Shown in pieces: positions 19,102-30,842 of a stretch of DNA of 64,000 bases. This DNA is from an uncultured Parachlamydiaceae bacterium (lineage in GTDB: Bacteria; Chlamydiota; Chlamydiia; Chlamydiales; Parachlamydiaceae): positions 1,272,766-1,336,765 of the forward strand of contig CAVULX010000004.1 in the NCBI GenBank assembly GCA_963742415.1. Reading direction: 5' to 3'. Numbering within the stretch: position 1 is the stretch's first letter; the number at the start of each line of letters is the position of its first letter. Position numbers and translations under genes: made by a program. The notes under the pieces are model-generated. The model was not told where the DNA came from. It made no database searches and saw nothing but the letters and a program-made list of their open reading frames with translations.

Positions 19102-22100
19102 GTGAATCATCATCGTCAAATCATTTTAAAAAAAGTCAAAGTTCATAATCTCAAATCGATCAACCTTTCCTTAGATACTAATGAGCTGATCGTTTTTACA
19201 GGGGTGTCCGGATCAGGCAAATCCTCGTTAGCTTTCGATACCCTCTATGTGGAAGGGCAGCGACGCTATGTCGAATCCCTTTCGACCTTTGCCCGGCGTC
19301 AATTGGGGGAGATGGCAAAGCCTGATCTGGAACATGCCTCCGGCATCTCTCCCACCATTTCAATTGAACAAAAAACTGCCGGAAGAAATCCCCGCTCTAC
19401 TGTCGGAACCATGACCGAAATCTACGATTACCTTCGCGTGCTATATGCTCGCGTCGGCATTCCCCATTGCCCCGTCAGCGGTGAACCTGTTGCTCCTCAA
19501 AGCCGTGAACGGATCATCAAAACGGTCCAAAATCTTCCCGATGGAAAAAAACTGGTTATCTTAGCCCCCTATGCTAAGGGAAAAAAAGCGGAATTCAAAG
19601 AAGATTTTCAAGAGCTTCTTACGAAAAGGGTACATGCGGGCTCGAGTCGATGGCAAGATCATCAATTTGAAGCGATGAAATTGTTTTAGATGGAAGTGTC
19701 GCCCATGATGTCGATGTTGTTATCGATCGGCTTACCGTTAATAAACGAAAATCATTCTCGGATAGCCGAGGCGATCACTAACGCTCTTAATCTAGGCAAG
19801 GGGTATGTGCTACTCCTGGATCCTGACACCTACGAAGAACAACTTTTTTCCATGCATGCCTATTCCCCAAAATCGGGCTTGTCTTACTCAGTCTTGGAAG
19901 CCGCACGATTTTTCTTTCAATAGTCCTTCCGGTATGTGCCCTCGGTGTCATGGCATGGGAAGAGTGCAAGAATTCGATTTAAAGGCGATCATCAATCCCG
20001 AGCTAAGCATTGCTGAAGATTGCTGCTCCATCGGCGAGTTCCTACCAAACTGTCCGCTACGGCAACATCTATGATAATTTAGCTGAGATCTATGAGTTTA
20101 GTGTCCACACCCCTTGGAAAAAACTTTCTGAGCAAGCCAAAAAGGTATTCCTCTACGGCACAGAAAAAAAATGGACCCGGATGTACTTTGTCCATCCTAA
20201 TACCGGAGCCATGTGGACAGATCATGTCCAATGGCGGGGTGTGTTGCATGAAGCCCACATCCGCTATGCAGAAGCTAAAAGTGAAAGCTACCGCAAAAAA
20301 ATGCAGAGCATCATGCGCGAAGGATTTGCCCGGAATGCCATGGAGACCGCCTTAAGCCTTATCCTGCGGCACGCTTTGCTGAATGGAAAACGGATCTACG
20401 AACTTGACCGCCATGACCGTCAAAGAGTGCCTCCATTTTTTTGAACACCTCCCTTTATCCCCTCAAGAGCAACTGATTGCAGAAGAACTACTCAAAGAGA
20501 TTCGACAACGACTGCAATTTCTGCTTGAGGTCGGGCTTGCACTATCTCGACCTTAGACCGGACAGCTCCCACTCTTTCCGGCGGGGAAGCCCAGCGGGTG
20601 CGCCTCGCCTCGCAAATCGGCTGCGGCCTTGTCGGCATCACCTATATCCTCGATGAACCTTCCATCGGGCTTCATCCTCGGGATAATAAAAAGCTTATCC
20701 ATACTTTGAAACATCTTCGCGATATGGGAAACACCGTCATCGTCGTCGAACATGATGAAGAAACCATCTGGGAAGCTGATCGGATCGTCGACTTTGGACC
20801 CGGACCCGGAATTCGCGGCGGAGAGATCGTTGTCAACGGAGATCTATGCTCGAGCTCATCCACAATCCCAACTCCCTAACAGCAGGCTATCTAACCGGAA
20901 AACTGCAAAATCCCGATCCCTAAAAAACGGCGAAAGCCGTTAAAAGAATCGATCGAAATCCTAGGCGCTACCCATCACAACCTTAAAAAAGTCAACGTGA
21001 AAATCCCTTTAGGCGTGTTTATTGCTGTGACAGGAGTTTCGGGATCGGGCAAATCTTCTTTGATCACCGACATCTTATATCCCGCCTTGTCCAACTCACT
21101 TGCATGGTAGGAGAACACCCTGTCGGCGCCCATAACGAAATCAAAGGGATCGAAAATATCGACAAAGTGATCGCCATCGACCAATCCCCCATCGGCCGAA
21201 ATCCCCGTTCCAATCCTGCCACCTACATCAAAGTTCTTCGATGAAATCCGCGACACTTTTCAGCCAGCTTCCTGAAAGCCAAGCCAGAGGCTATAAGCCT
21301 GGACGCTTTAGCTTTAATGTCAAAGAAGGCTCCTGCCCCCAATGTGAAGGGATGGGAATGATCAAAATCGACATGGATTTCATGGAAGCTGCCTGGGTTG
21401 ATTGCCCCCTATGCAAAGCAAAACGGTTTGACCATGAAACCCTGTCCGTGTTTTTCAAAGGAAAAAACATCTACGATGTTCTGGAAATGGATGTGGCGAA
21501 GCTCTTGAATTTCTTTGCCAACATCCCCTCACATCAAACATAAGCTCGAGACTTTGCAGCAAAGTGGGCATGGAATACATCAAACTGGGGCAATCCTCGA
21601 CGACGCTTGTCCGGAGGAGAAGCCCAACGGATCAAACTGGCCAAAGAGCTGTCCGCCCTTCCACCGGCAAAACACTCTATATTTTCGATGAGCCTACAAC
21701 AGGACTCCATTTCCATGACATCAAACATCTTCTGGAAGTTTTGCACGAACTGGTCGACCGAGGCAATACTGTCCTGGTCATCGAACACAACATGGATATT
21801 GTCAAAACAGCTGATTGGATCATCGACCTTGGCCCAGAAGGGGGCGAGGAAGGCGGAAAAGTGATCGCTACCGGCAAACCTGAACAGATTGCCAAGATGG
21901 ACACGCCTACAGGCCATGCCGTTGATGAGGCTTTGCATCACGATCTACAAAGAAAAAATCGAAGCGGCCCTGCATCTCTGCAAAGAGAATCAAAAAGAGG
22001 TAAAGGGAAAGGGAAAAGGAACGAGCATCCATGAAATTATCGGTCACCGGAGCTGAGCAAAATAATTTAAAAAATGTCAATGTCACAATTCCACGCGAAA

Positions 22101-24829
22101 GACTGACCGTCTGCACAGGACCTTCAGGATCAGGGAAAACCTCTCTGGCTTTTGAAACGATCTATGCCGAAGGGCAGCGGCGCTATATTGAATCGCTTTC
22201 TCCTTATGCCCGGCAATTTGTCAAGCAAATGCCAAAACCTAAAGTGGGCCATGTGGAAGGGCTTTCCCCTGCCATCGCCATCGAACAAAAAGCCCATGCA
22301 GGCAATCCCCGCAGCACCGTCGGCACAATGACAGAAATCTATGACTACCTGCGCGTCCTCTATGCCCGAGTCGGCATTCCCCATGATCCCGATACCGGCG
22401 AAGTGATCAAAGCTATCAGCAAAGACCATGTTGTCGATCGTATTATGTCCTATCCCGAAGGGGAAAAAATCCAAGTTTTAGCCTCCATCGACGATCCGCA
22501 AAAATGAAAAGTTTGAAGAGATCGTCTCAAGGCTGAAACGACAAGGCTTTTTACGCATACGCCTCAATGGGGTTTATTACGATCTGGATACCGAAGCAGA
22601 TTCGATTGCTTTCGACCGCAAACGGAAAAATGACTTTGTTCCTGGTGATCGATAGGCTCAAAGTGAATCCTACCATCCAACATCGCCTTTTCGAAGCAAT
22701 AGAAAATGCTGCCAACATCGGAGCAATAATACTCTCGTCATCGTGAAAGAAGATAGGATGTGTTCTTCAATTTTGCCTTTGCCGTCGAAAGCACCGGCAA
22801 GTCCTATCCTGAAATTACACCGCATACCTTTGCTTTCAATACGGCCGAAGGGATGTGCCTCGATTGCCTGGGATTAGGGTATCAATATGGAGCCAACTTA
22901 ACCAAATATCCCGAAATTATGCACAATTCGATATCAAGGCTTCTGGATGTCTTGTGGCAAGACAAGCTAAGCCATTTGGCTTTTGAATTAGTCGAAGACT
23001 TCCTGAAAGCAGAGAAAATTGATCTCTTAACTCCCCTCTATAAACTGCCATCTAGTAAACTACAGCTATTCATGAACGGTCCGGCAATTGATAAATGGTA
23101 TACTTCGTCCAAAGGATTTCGATTTCACTGGGTAGGGATCAATAATGTCCTCGCTAAAGCCGGCAAAAGCGCGTCACCGGAAATCCGTGAAGGTGTCACT
23201 CCCCTTTTGGATGAGTTAGAGTGCCTCTCCTGCCAAGGAGCCCGATTAAATCCTTTGGCACGCCATGTCACAATCAACGATCTTTCCATTAGCAATTTAT
23301 GCCGCTTGCCCATCGGAAGAACCCTTCCTTTTATCGAAGGGATTAAATTTGAAGCCAAAGAGGCCAAACTGCTCGAAGAGGTGCACGCTCAGCTTCTCAG
23401 CCGGCTGAGCTTTCTCAGCGAAGTTGGCCTGCACTATTTATCCCTCGATCGACGCGCCCCCACCTTGAGCGGCGGAGAAGCGCAGCGGATCCGTTTAGCC
23501 AGGCAGCTTGGAAGCGGCCTAACGGGTGTTCTATACGTCCTCGACGAGCCTACAATAGGGCTACATCCACGCGATAACGATCGGCTGAATAGAGCTTTGA
23601 AACAATTGAAAGAGCTTGGCAACACCATGATTATGGTGGAGCACGATCCCTTAACGATCCAAACAGCCGATTACATCTTAGACTTTGGCCCTCAATCCGG
23701 AGATCATGGCGGCCATATCGTCGCCCAAGGGACCTTAAAACAAATCATGCGGAATAAGGATTCCTTGACAGGAAAATATTTGTCAGGAAAACTCAAGATC
23801 CCTGTTCCCGAAGAAAGGCGAAAGTCTTTGAACGGTGCTCTGGAAATCAAAAATGCCAAGACAAACAACTTAAAAAATCTGTCGGTCAAACTTCCAATAG
23901 GATTGATGACGTGCCTTACAGGTGTTTCAGGATCAGGAAAATCGACTTTGATGCAGCAGATTATTTTTCCGGCCATGCAACAAGGGATGTTAGAACATGA
24001 CTCGATCATCATCGATGGAGCGACGGTCTCAGGGATTTCCCATTTTGATAAGGTGCTTTCAATTGACCAAAATCCGATCGGCCATACAGTGCGATCCGAT
24101 GTGGGCACCTATGTGGATGTCTTAAGCAGAATGCGCGATTTCTTTGCCACGCTGCCAGCAGCCAGAGCTCAAGGCTTGCAGCCAAAGCATTTCAGCTATA
24201 ACCATCGGCGCGGCATGTGCTCTTCTTGCTGGGGTTTGGGCTACAAGAAAGTGGAGATGTACTTTCTTCCCCCTGTGAAAGTCGTTTGCGATGATTGTCA
24301 AGGGCTCCGCCTTAATCCGGTGAGCTTGGAGGTCCAATATGCGGGAAAAAACTTCGGACAATATCTCGACATGACGGTCGATGAGGCGAGAGTGATTTTT
24401 GAAAATCATCCCCGCATCACGCGGATTCTCGACACCCTGATTTCTGTGGGTTTCGGATATTTGAAACTGGGGCAAGAGATGGTGTCTCTTTCGGGCGGCG
24501 AGGCGCAGCGGATTAAACTCAGCCGCGAGCTAGCCAAGCGGTCTACAGGTAAAACTTTATACCTTCTGGATGAACCTACAACCGGATTGCATAGCGAAGA
24601 TATCAAGAAATTGCTGACGGTCCTCCATAAGCTTGTGGACAAAGGAAATACAATCGTCATCATCGAACATAATATGGACATCATCAAAAATGCCGATTAC
24701 GTCATCGACCTAGGCCCCGAAGCTGGCGAAGAGGGAGGAAAAATCATCGCCACCGGCACCCCCGAACAAATCGCCAAAAATAAAAAATCCTGGACCGGAC
24801 AATATCTCGTCAAAGAAAATTGTTTATAG
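19102..24829 (+). pseudogene. uvrA: Excinuclease ABC subunit A, double-length chlamydial type, broken by many frameshifts in ~19620-22760 (possibly sequencing error)
   Basis: Two UvrA modules: [14 protein letters not shown] and [14 protein letters not shown] starts, four [12 protein letters not shown] signatures and zinc-finger Cys pairs, spread over several frames. Confidence 0.93.
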
Positions 24830-24851
24830 CGGGTTGTTAGATGAAATATAC

Positions 24852-25089
24852 TACCACAGAGCCCACAGAGAACACAGAGAGTGGTCTTATGAATTATTAA
24901 TTAATCCAGACAAGTCTGAAGAAATAGATGGGCGTGAAACAGATCCTTTAACGGGTAATATCACGGCTTTATGGAACCTGTACTTGAGGATTGCTTATTA
25001 ATTTTAATGTAAAGCGATTAGTAGAAGGCATTCGTCGAACCCGATGAAGATATAATACCCTCTCTGTGTTTTCTGTGGGCTCTGTGGTA
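24852..25089 (+). mobile_element. ACCACAGAG-type inverted-repeat element containing remnants of a GxxExxY (PD-(D/E)XK nuclease) gene
   Basis: 30-bp terminal IRs with 1 mismatch. Internal fragments translate as DPLTGNI, HGFMEPV and GLLINFNVKRLVEGIRRTR* (24988-25047). Confidence 0.8.
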
Positions 25090-25203
25090 ATTTTAACGGC
25101 TGAAGTGTGTCGAGACTAAAGTTTAGGCAAAGCAAATTTTGAGAGATTGTCTATTTAAAAGATTTTGAACAGGTTCCATAGCTTACAAGCGAGTGGGTAA
25201 AAA

Positions 25204-26709
25204 ATGATATCAAAAATTCACAATGTGGAAGATATAAACTATTTTGGTAAGTTGCCGACTGAACTGATATGCCAGATCTTTAGCTGCCTGACAGGAAAAG
25301 AGATTGCTATAATGCAGATGGTGGCTCCGATATTTAACCAGATGGTTATGGCTCCTGGCGATCCCCTCCGCTTGCGAATAAAAAAATACTTTTTTTCTTT
25401 AAACGATGGTCCTGAAGGGACTTTTGAAGAAAAATGTGTCTGGGCAGCTTCTCAGATGATAACTATAGAAAAACTTCTTGCATTAGGCCTAACAAGGATT
25501 AATAAATATCTATATAAAGCAAATAAGCACGTTTATCTTTACATTAATAATGGAAAGTTTGTGGCCCTAAAAAGCACTGAAGTACGTACTAAACACAATC
25601 ATAAATATCGCGCTGTAGTCCCCAGTTCACTTTTAAACTATGCCAAAGAGTTCCCATTTCGATCAGATTTGCTATTTTTGAAAGTTCGGAGTAATAGATG
25701 CACAAGAATAAGAGAGAATTCCAATGGCATTTTGATAGGTAAAAAAAATAGAAGAGTAACTCCTGAAGAAAAACAAAAAATACTTTCTGGGCGTAATTCT
25801 TTTATCGAAGATAGTTATGTTAAACTAAAAAATTGTTTAGATCCAAAACAAGAAATTTACTTGAAAACGCCCAAAGGGATAAATAACAAAATATTTGGTG
25901 TTAGCTTTAAAGGTAAAAAAATCAAATTGTTACGAAGTACATTTAATTTTTGGAAGATATCTAATGAAAAAATCACAGGAATAAAAGAGCTGACAAAACG
26001 TAGAGTCGTTTTTTGTATGGAAGATGGACCTATTGAATCTGTTTTGGAGTTGCTAGTAGTCCAAAAGTCTCACGTCATGACTCACGAATGTCGCCATCGG
26101 CCATGTATATACGATAAAAAACGTAAGCTAAGAAATAGAGAGGATCTCGTTCCTCTCCCTATGGTGAAAGAAAAAAGCGGATTTGTTATCGGAGGTCAAA
26201 ACTCCCCAGAGTTAATTCTATCCATTCGGGAGCTTGCAGGGCAAACGATTGCAGCCTTAAAAAAAAATCTTAATAATAACTTCTGTCCTTTTTGCCCCGG
26301 TGAGTCTCTCTTAAAGGTGATGGCTTCAGATCAACGAATGGTTGATAAATTAAGCATCACACATCAAGAGCTAGTTTTGCCCCTATTTCAAATGTCTAGT
26401 GACTATGAAAAGAGAAGGAATAAGGAGATTTTTGAATATAATGGATCGAAGTTCATCGTAAAAAATTGTTATAAATCGGATCGTAGAAGGGTTTCCCCAT
26501 TTGGACATAGAGTCCCTTGCGTTTTTCAGTTTACTTTTAAGAATAACACCACGTGTGAAGAGTTACAAATCAACTATCTCATTATGGATTCGATTCGCCG
26601 GTTTGGTTTTTATGGGAGCTTCCAAAGCGTTTATCGTGTTTCGCCCGAGAAAATCTACAATTTTTTGATAAAAAATCCTCTTCCAAGAAGCGAAGAGGGA
26701 AGCGTGTGA
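25204..26709 (+). CDS. F-box domain protein (candidate effector)
   Basis: N-terminal FGKLPTELICQIFSCL..KEI..MQMVAPIFNQM fits the F-box pattern. Confidence 0.8.
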   Translation: MISKIHNVEDINYFGKLPTELICQIFSCLTGKEIAIMQMVAPIFNQMVMAPGDPLRLRIKKYFFSLNDGPEGTFEEKCVWAASQMITIEKLLALGLTRINKYLYKANKHVYLYINNGKFVALKSTEVRTKHNHKYRAVVPSSLLNYAKEFPFRSDLLFLKVRSNRCTRIRENSNGILIGKKNRRVTPEEKQKILSGRNSFIEDSYVKLKNCLDPKQEIYLKTPKGINNKIFGVSFKGKKIKLLRSTFNFWKISNEKITGIKELTKRRVVFCMEDGPIESVLELLVVQKSHVMTHECRHRPCIYDKKRKLRNREDLVPLPMVKEKSGFVIGGQNSPELILSIRELAGQTIAALKKNLNNNFCPFCPGESLLKVMASDQRMVDKLSITHQELVLPLFQMSSDYEKRRNKEIFEYNGSKFIVKNCYKSDRRRVSPFGHRVPCVFQFTFKNNTTCEELQINYLIMDSIRRFGFYGSFQSVYRVSPEKIYNFLIKNPLPRSEEGSV

Positions 26710-26720
26710 CTCCAAAATCA

Positions 26721-27093
26721 TGAGTTGATGCTGAATTGACTCCTCGACCTCTAAAAATAGAATTTATGTCGTCCTTACAGGACTCCATTTTTTTGCATTT
26801 ACACCCAGGCCTTCGCTTCGCTCGACCTGGGCTGTGAGATTTTCGGCCTTTCAGGCCTTTTTAGCGCTGAAAGCGCGTAATATCATAGCCCAGGTCGAAC
26901 GAAGCGAAGGCCTGGGTGTAAATGCAAAAAAATGGAGTCCTGTAAGGACGACATAATTATGGAGGATAAGTTTACGGTTAAAATTTACAAGCTTTTGATG
27001 TAAAAGGGGCAATTCCTTGCAAATTTCTTTAGGTTCAAATGTCTCTATAGGCAAATGTTAAGCGGAAATCCTGGTTAATTCAGCATCGACTCA
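26721..27093. mobile_element. Mini-element with 20-bp terminal IRs, carrying a nested REPIN-like palindrome (26765-26955)
   Basis: TGAGTTGATGCTGAATTGAC / GTTAATTCAGCATCGACTCA. The inner arms match the transposase flanks at 31497-31589 and 32088-32180. Confidence 0.8.
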
Positions 27094-27142
27094 AGATCAG
27101 GCGAATTTTTGTTAAATTTTGCTTAGGTTGTAAAATTTAATC

Positions 27143-27406
27143 TTATAAATTTTTATAAATATCTTTTCGATGGTCCACACCCACAATTAAAATGTAAATT
27201 TGTTCATCAAATATCCGATAAAGAACGCGGTAATTACCGGAGCGGATGCGATAAAGATTTTCATCACCTTGAATTTTTTTTACATCTATTGGCCTCGGTT
27301 CTCCGGAGAGCGAATCAATTCTTTCTCTGACACGCAAAAGTTCTTTTCTGGGAATTTTAGCCATGCTTTTCAAAGCAATGCGGCTTAATTCAATGTCGTA
27401 TTTCAC
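27143..27406 (-). CDS. relE: RelE/ParE-family toxin
   Basis: 87 aa. PRP..KKIQG...YRIRSGNYRVLY..I, VDHRKDIY. Confidence 0.9.
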   Translation of the reverse strand: MKYDIELSRIALKSMAKIPRKELLRVRERIDSLSGEPRPIDVKKIQGDENLYRIRSGNYRVLYRIFDEQIYILIVGVDHRKDIYKNL

Positions 27407-27660
27407 AATCCCAATTCTCTCTTAGCTTGTTTCCATTTAATTGTACCGTGCTTCTTGATCTCTTTGTCGATATGTTTGGCTACTTCAACGTCAAGCTTAT
27501 CCTCGAGCTCTTCTAATAATTTTAAATCCTCCACCGATACTATAGCGGCCACTTCTTTGCCGTTTCGTGTTAGAATGTATCGATCATGGCCAAAAGCTAC
27601 GTGATTGACAATATCTGTAAGCTCACTTCGAGCTTCTGAAAAAGCTTTTCTTGTGCTCAT
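27403..27660 (-). CDS. Phd/YefM-family antitoxin
   Basis: SEARSELTDIVN...ILTRNGKEVAAIVS. Overlaps the toxin start by 4 nt. Confidence 0.9.
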   Translation of the reverse strand: MSTRKAFSEARSELTDIVNHVAFGHDRYILTRNGKEVAAIVSVEDLKLLEELEDKLDVEVAKHIDKEIKKHGTIKWKQAKRELGL

Positions 27661-27759
27661 TATTTTTTCTCCTTCATTTTTGTCAAAATATTAACATTTG
27701 TACAAATATTAATCAAAACAATTGACTTTCAATGAGATACATTCCGTAAATTTAATCTT

Positions 27760-29547
27760 TTAAGATATTTTAACTTTGGGAGGATTGGCTTTGAGGTAAT
27801 CAAATTCTTTCACGAGGGCTAAAACTTCTTCATCCGAAGCTTGCCCGCTTTGAATTTTCATTTTCACTTCTTCCCGCTTTTGCATCCAATTCCGATCTAA
27901 GATTTTTTGGATGGTTTCAAAGAATAACACTTCGACCTTTTCTTTATTGACCTTTTTATGGACGATCTCAGCTATCAAAGTTTGGCATTCTGGATCTTCG
28001 ATCTGTGTCGCTAAAGAGAGCAGATCTCTTGGAGCATTCGCTTGAGACAACTGCATATATTTCTCATATAAGCTTCGACAAATAAGGACGCGAAATTCTA
28101 GTTCCCCCAAATTTAAACGGGCTAACTCTGCAAACTTAGGATAGGTCTCGCCAAAAAGAAGAAGGAGCCGAAGAAAATCGCCCTCCAAAATCCTTTCAGG
28201 GTCAATCGAAACCAAACCCAAAACTCCGCTCTTCTTAATATACAAATTCGGTTGCTGCGCAGCTTGCCCCATCAAAACCATGTCTTCAGGCACCTGAACA
28301 AGGTGGGCCAGCTTGCGCAAACTTTCATATCTGACTACTTCATGCTGCCAATCGCGCACCTGCTGAGAAATCAACTGCACAAGCTCATTTTTTCCTGCGG
28401 GCGAATTAAGGTCGATTTTTTTAGATTGATGCCGCACTAAAAAGGTCAAATAATCAATGCTCTCTTCCATCAACTTCAAAAAGGGTTCAACCCCATACTT
28501 CCGCAAAAAAGCATCGGGATCCATCCCTGCGGGCATTTGCAATACTTTTGTTTCAATCCCCTCTGTCTGAAACAAATTCCCCATTTTTCGGGTAGCCTCC
28601 TGGCCAGCATCATCGGCATCCATAGCTAAATAAACTTCGTTTACCCCTAGCGTTATCAACTCTTTTGCATGCCCCTCGCCAAAAGCTGTCCCTTGTCCAG
28701 CAACTGTAATGTTGAATCCCGCTTGAATTAGCCTCAAAGCATCAATCTGCCCTTCAACAATGATGACTTTCCTCTCCTTTGCGATCCTTCGCCGGCAATA
28801 ATTTAAGCCAAATAAAACTCTCGATTTTTTAAACAAGGGTGTCTCTGACGTATTGACATATTTTCCGCCAAATGTGGTCTCTTTATATTTACGGGCAGAA
28901 AATCCAATGACGGCTCCAGTCGCATCGCGAATCGGAAATGTAATCCGGTCATAAAAAAATTCCCTCCAGCCTCCCTCCTTTCCAGCTACTAACAAGCCCG
29001 CTTCAGCCATCGTCTCATCTTTGACAAATTTGCCATGCATGATCTTTCGAAAGATTCCTGGAGACTTTGGAGCCAGCCCAACATGGAATTGCCGGATGAA
29101 ATCCAGATCCAACCCCCGCCCATACAAATAGCGCAAAGCTTCATGCCCTTCTTCCGTATGTTGCAAAATAAAATGATAAAACCGGCAGGCTTGTTCAAGG
29201 GCTTCCTTCAATAAAGCTTTATTCGCCCCCCGATTTTCTTTATCCCCTTCAATCGTTTCTAGATGAACCTGATACCGTTGTGCTAAGCTTTCGACGGCGT
29301 CATAAAAGTTCATTTTGAGGTGATTCATTAAAAATGTGATGGCATCTCCGTGAGCGCCGCAACCAAAACAATGGTAATGGGAATCCCCCTTTTGGATCAT
29401 AAAAGAGGGGGTTTTTTCATCATGGAAGGGGCACAAGGCCTTATACGCAGCTCCTGACCTCTTCATGTCGATGTGGGAGGACAATACATCAGCCAAATCA
29501 ATCCTTTGTCGCAAATTTTCTAGGCATTCCTTCGTGAATAAGGCCAT
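27760..29547 (-). CDS. dnaG: DNA primase
   Basis: CPFHDEKTPSF...CFGC zinc domain, KYVNTSET, and TOPRIM motifs VEGQID and DADDAG. Confidence 0.97.
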   Translation of the reverse strand: MALFTKECLENLRQRIDLADVLSSHIDMKRSGAAYKALCPFHDEKTPSFMIQKGDSHYHCFGCGAHGDAITFLMNHLKMNFYDAVESLAQRYQVHLETIEGDKENRGANKALLKEALEQACRFYHFILQHTEEGHEALRYLYGRGLDLDFIRQFHVGLAPKSPGIFRKIMHGKFVKDETMAEAGLLVAGKEGGWREFFYDRITFPIRDATGAVIGFSARKYKETTFGGKYVNTSETPLFKKSRVLFGLNYCRRRIAKERKVIIVEGQIDALRLIQAGFNITVAGQGTAFGEGHAKELITLGVNEVYLAMDADDAGQEATRKMGNLFQTEGIETKVLQMPAGMDPDAFLRKYGVEPFLKLMEESIDYLTFLVRHQSKKIDLNSPAGKNELVQLISQQVRDWQHEVVRYESLRKLAHLVQVPEDMVLMGQAAQQPNLYIKKSGVLGLVSIDPERILEGDFLRLLLLFGETYPKFAELARLNLGELEFRVLICRSLYEKYMQLSQANAPRDLLSLATQIEDPECQTLIAEIVHKKVNKEKVEVLFFETIQKILDRNWMQKREEVKMKIQSGQASDEEVLALVKEFDYLKANPPKVKIS

Positions 29548-29579
29548 GGAATTATGTATCTCCTAAAGCAAATATACAA

Positions 29580-30788
29580 TCATTCAATATAAAGAAGCAG
29601 GCTTTTAAGGTAATCCCCTTCCGGGTGGCACACATTAACGGGATGATCCGCGGCTAGCTGATGCCGTCCAATGATCTTCACGGTCCTGCCCGATTCTACT
29701 GTAGCTTGAAAGATCACTTTTTGAAAAAGATCTTGATCGACAAAATAGGAGCAAGAGCTGGTCAATAACAATGATTTAGCCGGCATCTTTTGGATCGCTA
29801 GCCGATTAATATCTTTATATCCTCGGCAGGCAGGAATCAAATCTTTTTTCCTTTTAGCAAAGGCAGGGGGATCAAGAATAACCAGGTTATAATCTAAAGG
29901 ATATTCCCGCAGAAATTGAAATACATCCGCAACAAAAAAACGCTGTTTCCCATCAGAAAATCCGTTAAGCGCCATGTTGAGCTTTGCATCTTGAATCGCT
30001 TTTTCCGAGATATCTACAGAATCAACCCTTTTAGCTCCTCCAGATGCCGCGTATACAGAAAATCCCCCCGTATAAGCGAAGGCGTTGAGAACATCCCTGT
30101 CGTAAGCCAAGGTTTTGACTTGCTGTCGCATGTCCCGATGATCAAGGAAAAACCCGGTCTTCTGCCCTTCTTGAATAGAAACCTGAAACTTTAAGCCATT
30201 TTCCTCAATGATTGTATAGGGTTCAAGGGAACCTTTATGTATTTTTTGTATGTTGTTTAGGCCTTCCTCTTTTCTTGCGGAACTCGTCGATTTTTCATAA
30301 ATGGCTGTGGGATTAAAGAGGCTGTCTAACTCGGCTATTAGATCTCCCTTTAATTTTTCCATCCCTCGCGTAGAAATCTGAAATACAAGGACATCCGCAT
30401 ATTTATCGACAATAAGACCCGGCAAGCAGTCCCCCTCCCCATTCACCACCCTGTAGGCATTCGTATAGTCAGTAGGAAAAAGTTTCTGGCGCATTTCGAT
30501 GGCTTGTTTAAGATGGAGTTGGATGGCCGTCCAAGGAGGAGTTTGATCGAAAGAAACCATCCTGCCTCGAATAGAGGTTTGTTTATTGAAATATCCCCAC
30601 CCTAAAAAGGAGCCCTCTGAGCTATGCACTGGAAGCATATCTCCATCATCAAAATGGGGCATGGAAGCAATGGCGCCGGAAAAAATCCAATGGTGCTTCG
30701 CGAGGATAGCTTTCTCTTTCCCTTTTTTCAGGACGACAAAAGAGTTCGGAGTAGAGGACTTTTTTTTCTCTTGATGTTGCTGACGCAT
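29580..30788 (-). CDS. rlmI: 23S rRNA m5C1962 methyltransferase (RlmI family)
   Basis: HHWIFSG, EGDCLPGL, GQKTGFFLD, FAYTGGFS, LDPPAF, YLK. Confidence 0.9.
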   Translation of the reverse strand: MRQQHQEKKKSSTPNSFVVLKKGKEKAILAKHHWIFSGAIASMPHFDDGDMLPVHSSEGSFLGWGYFNKQTSIRGRMVSFDQTPPWTAIQLHLKQAIEMRQKLFPTDYTNAYRVVNGEGDCLPGLIVDKYADVLVFQISTRGMEKLKGDLIAELDSLFNPTAIYEKSTSSARKEEGLNNIQKIHKGSLEPYTIIEENGLKFQVSIQEGQKTGFFLDHRDMRQQVKTLAYDRDVLNAFAYTGGFSVYAASGGAKRVDSVDISEKAIQDAKLNMALNGFSDGKQRFFVADVFQFLREYPLDYNLVILDPPAFAKRKKDLIPACRGYKDINRLAIQKMPAKSLLLTSSCSYFVDQDLFQKVIFQATVESGRTVKIIGRHQLAADHPVNVCHPEGDYLKSLLLYIE

Positions 30789-30842
30789 AAAAGGTAGGAT
30801 TATTGGATTATGAAATTATTTTTCTAGCGTACAAGGGGGCTT

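Noticed and set aside
19690..22507. Separate small genes or programmed frameshifting within uvrA
   Set aside because: All fragments are collinear pieces of one UvrA, and there are too many shifts for programmed recoding.
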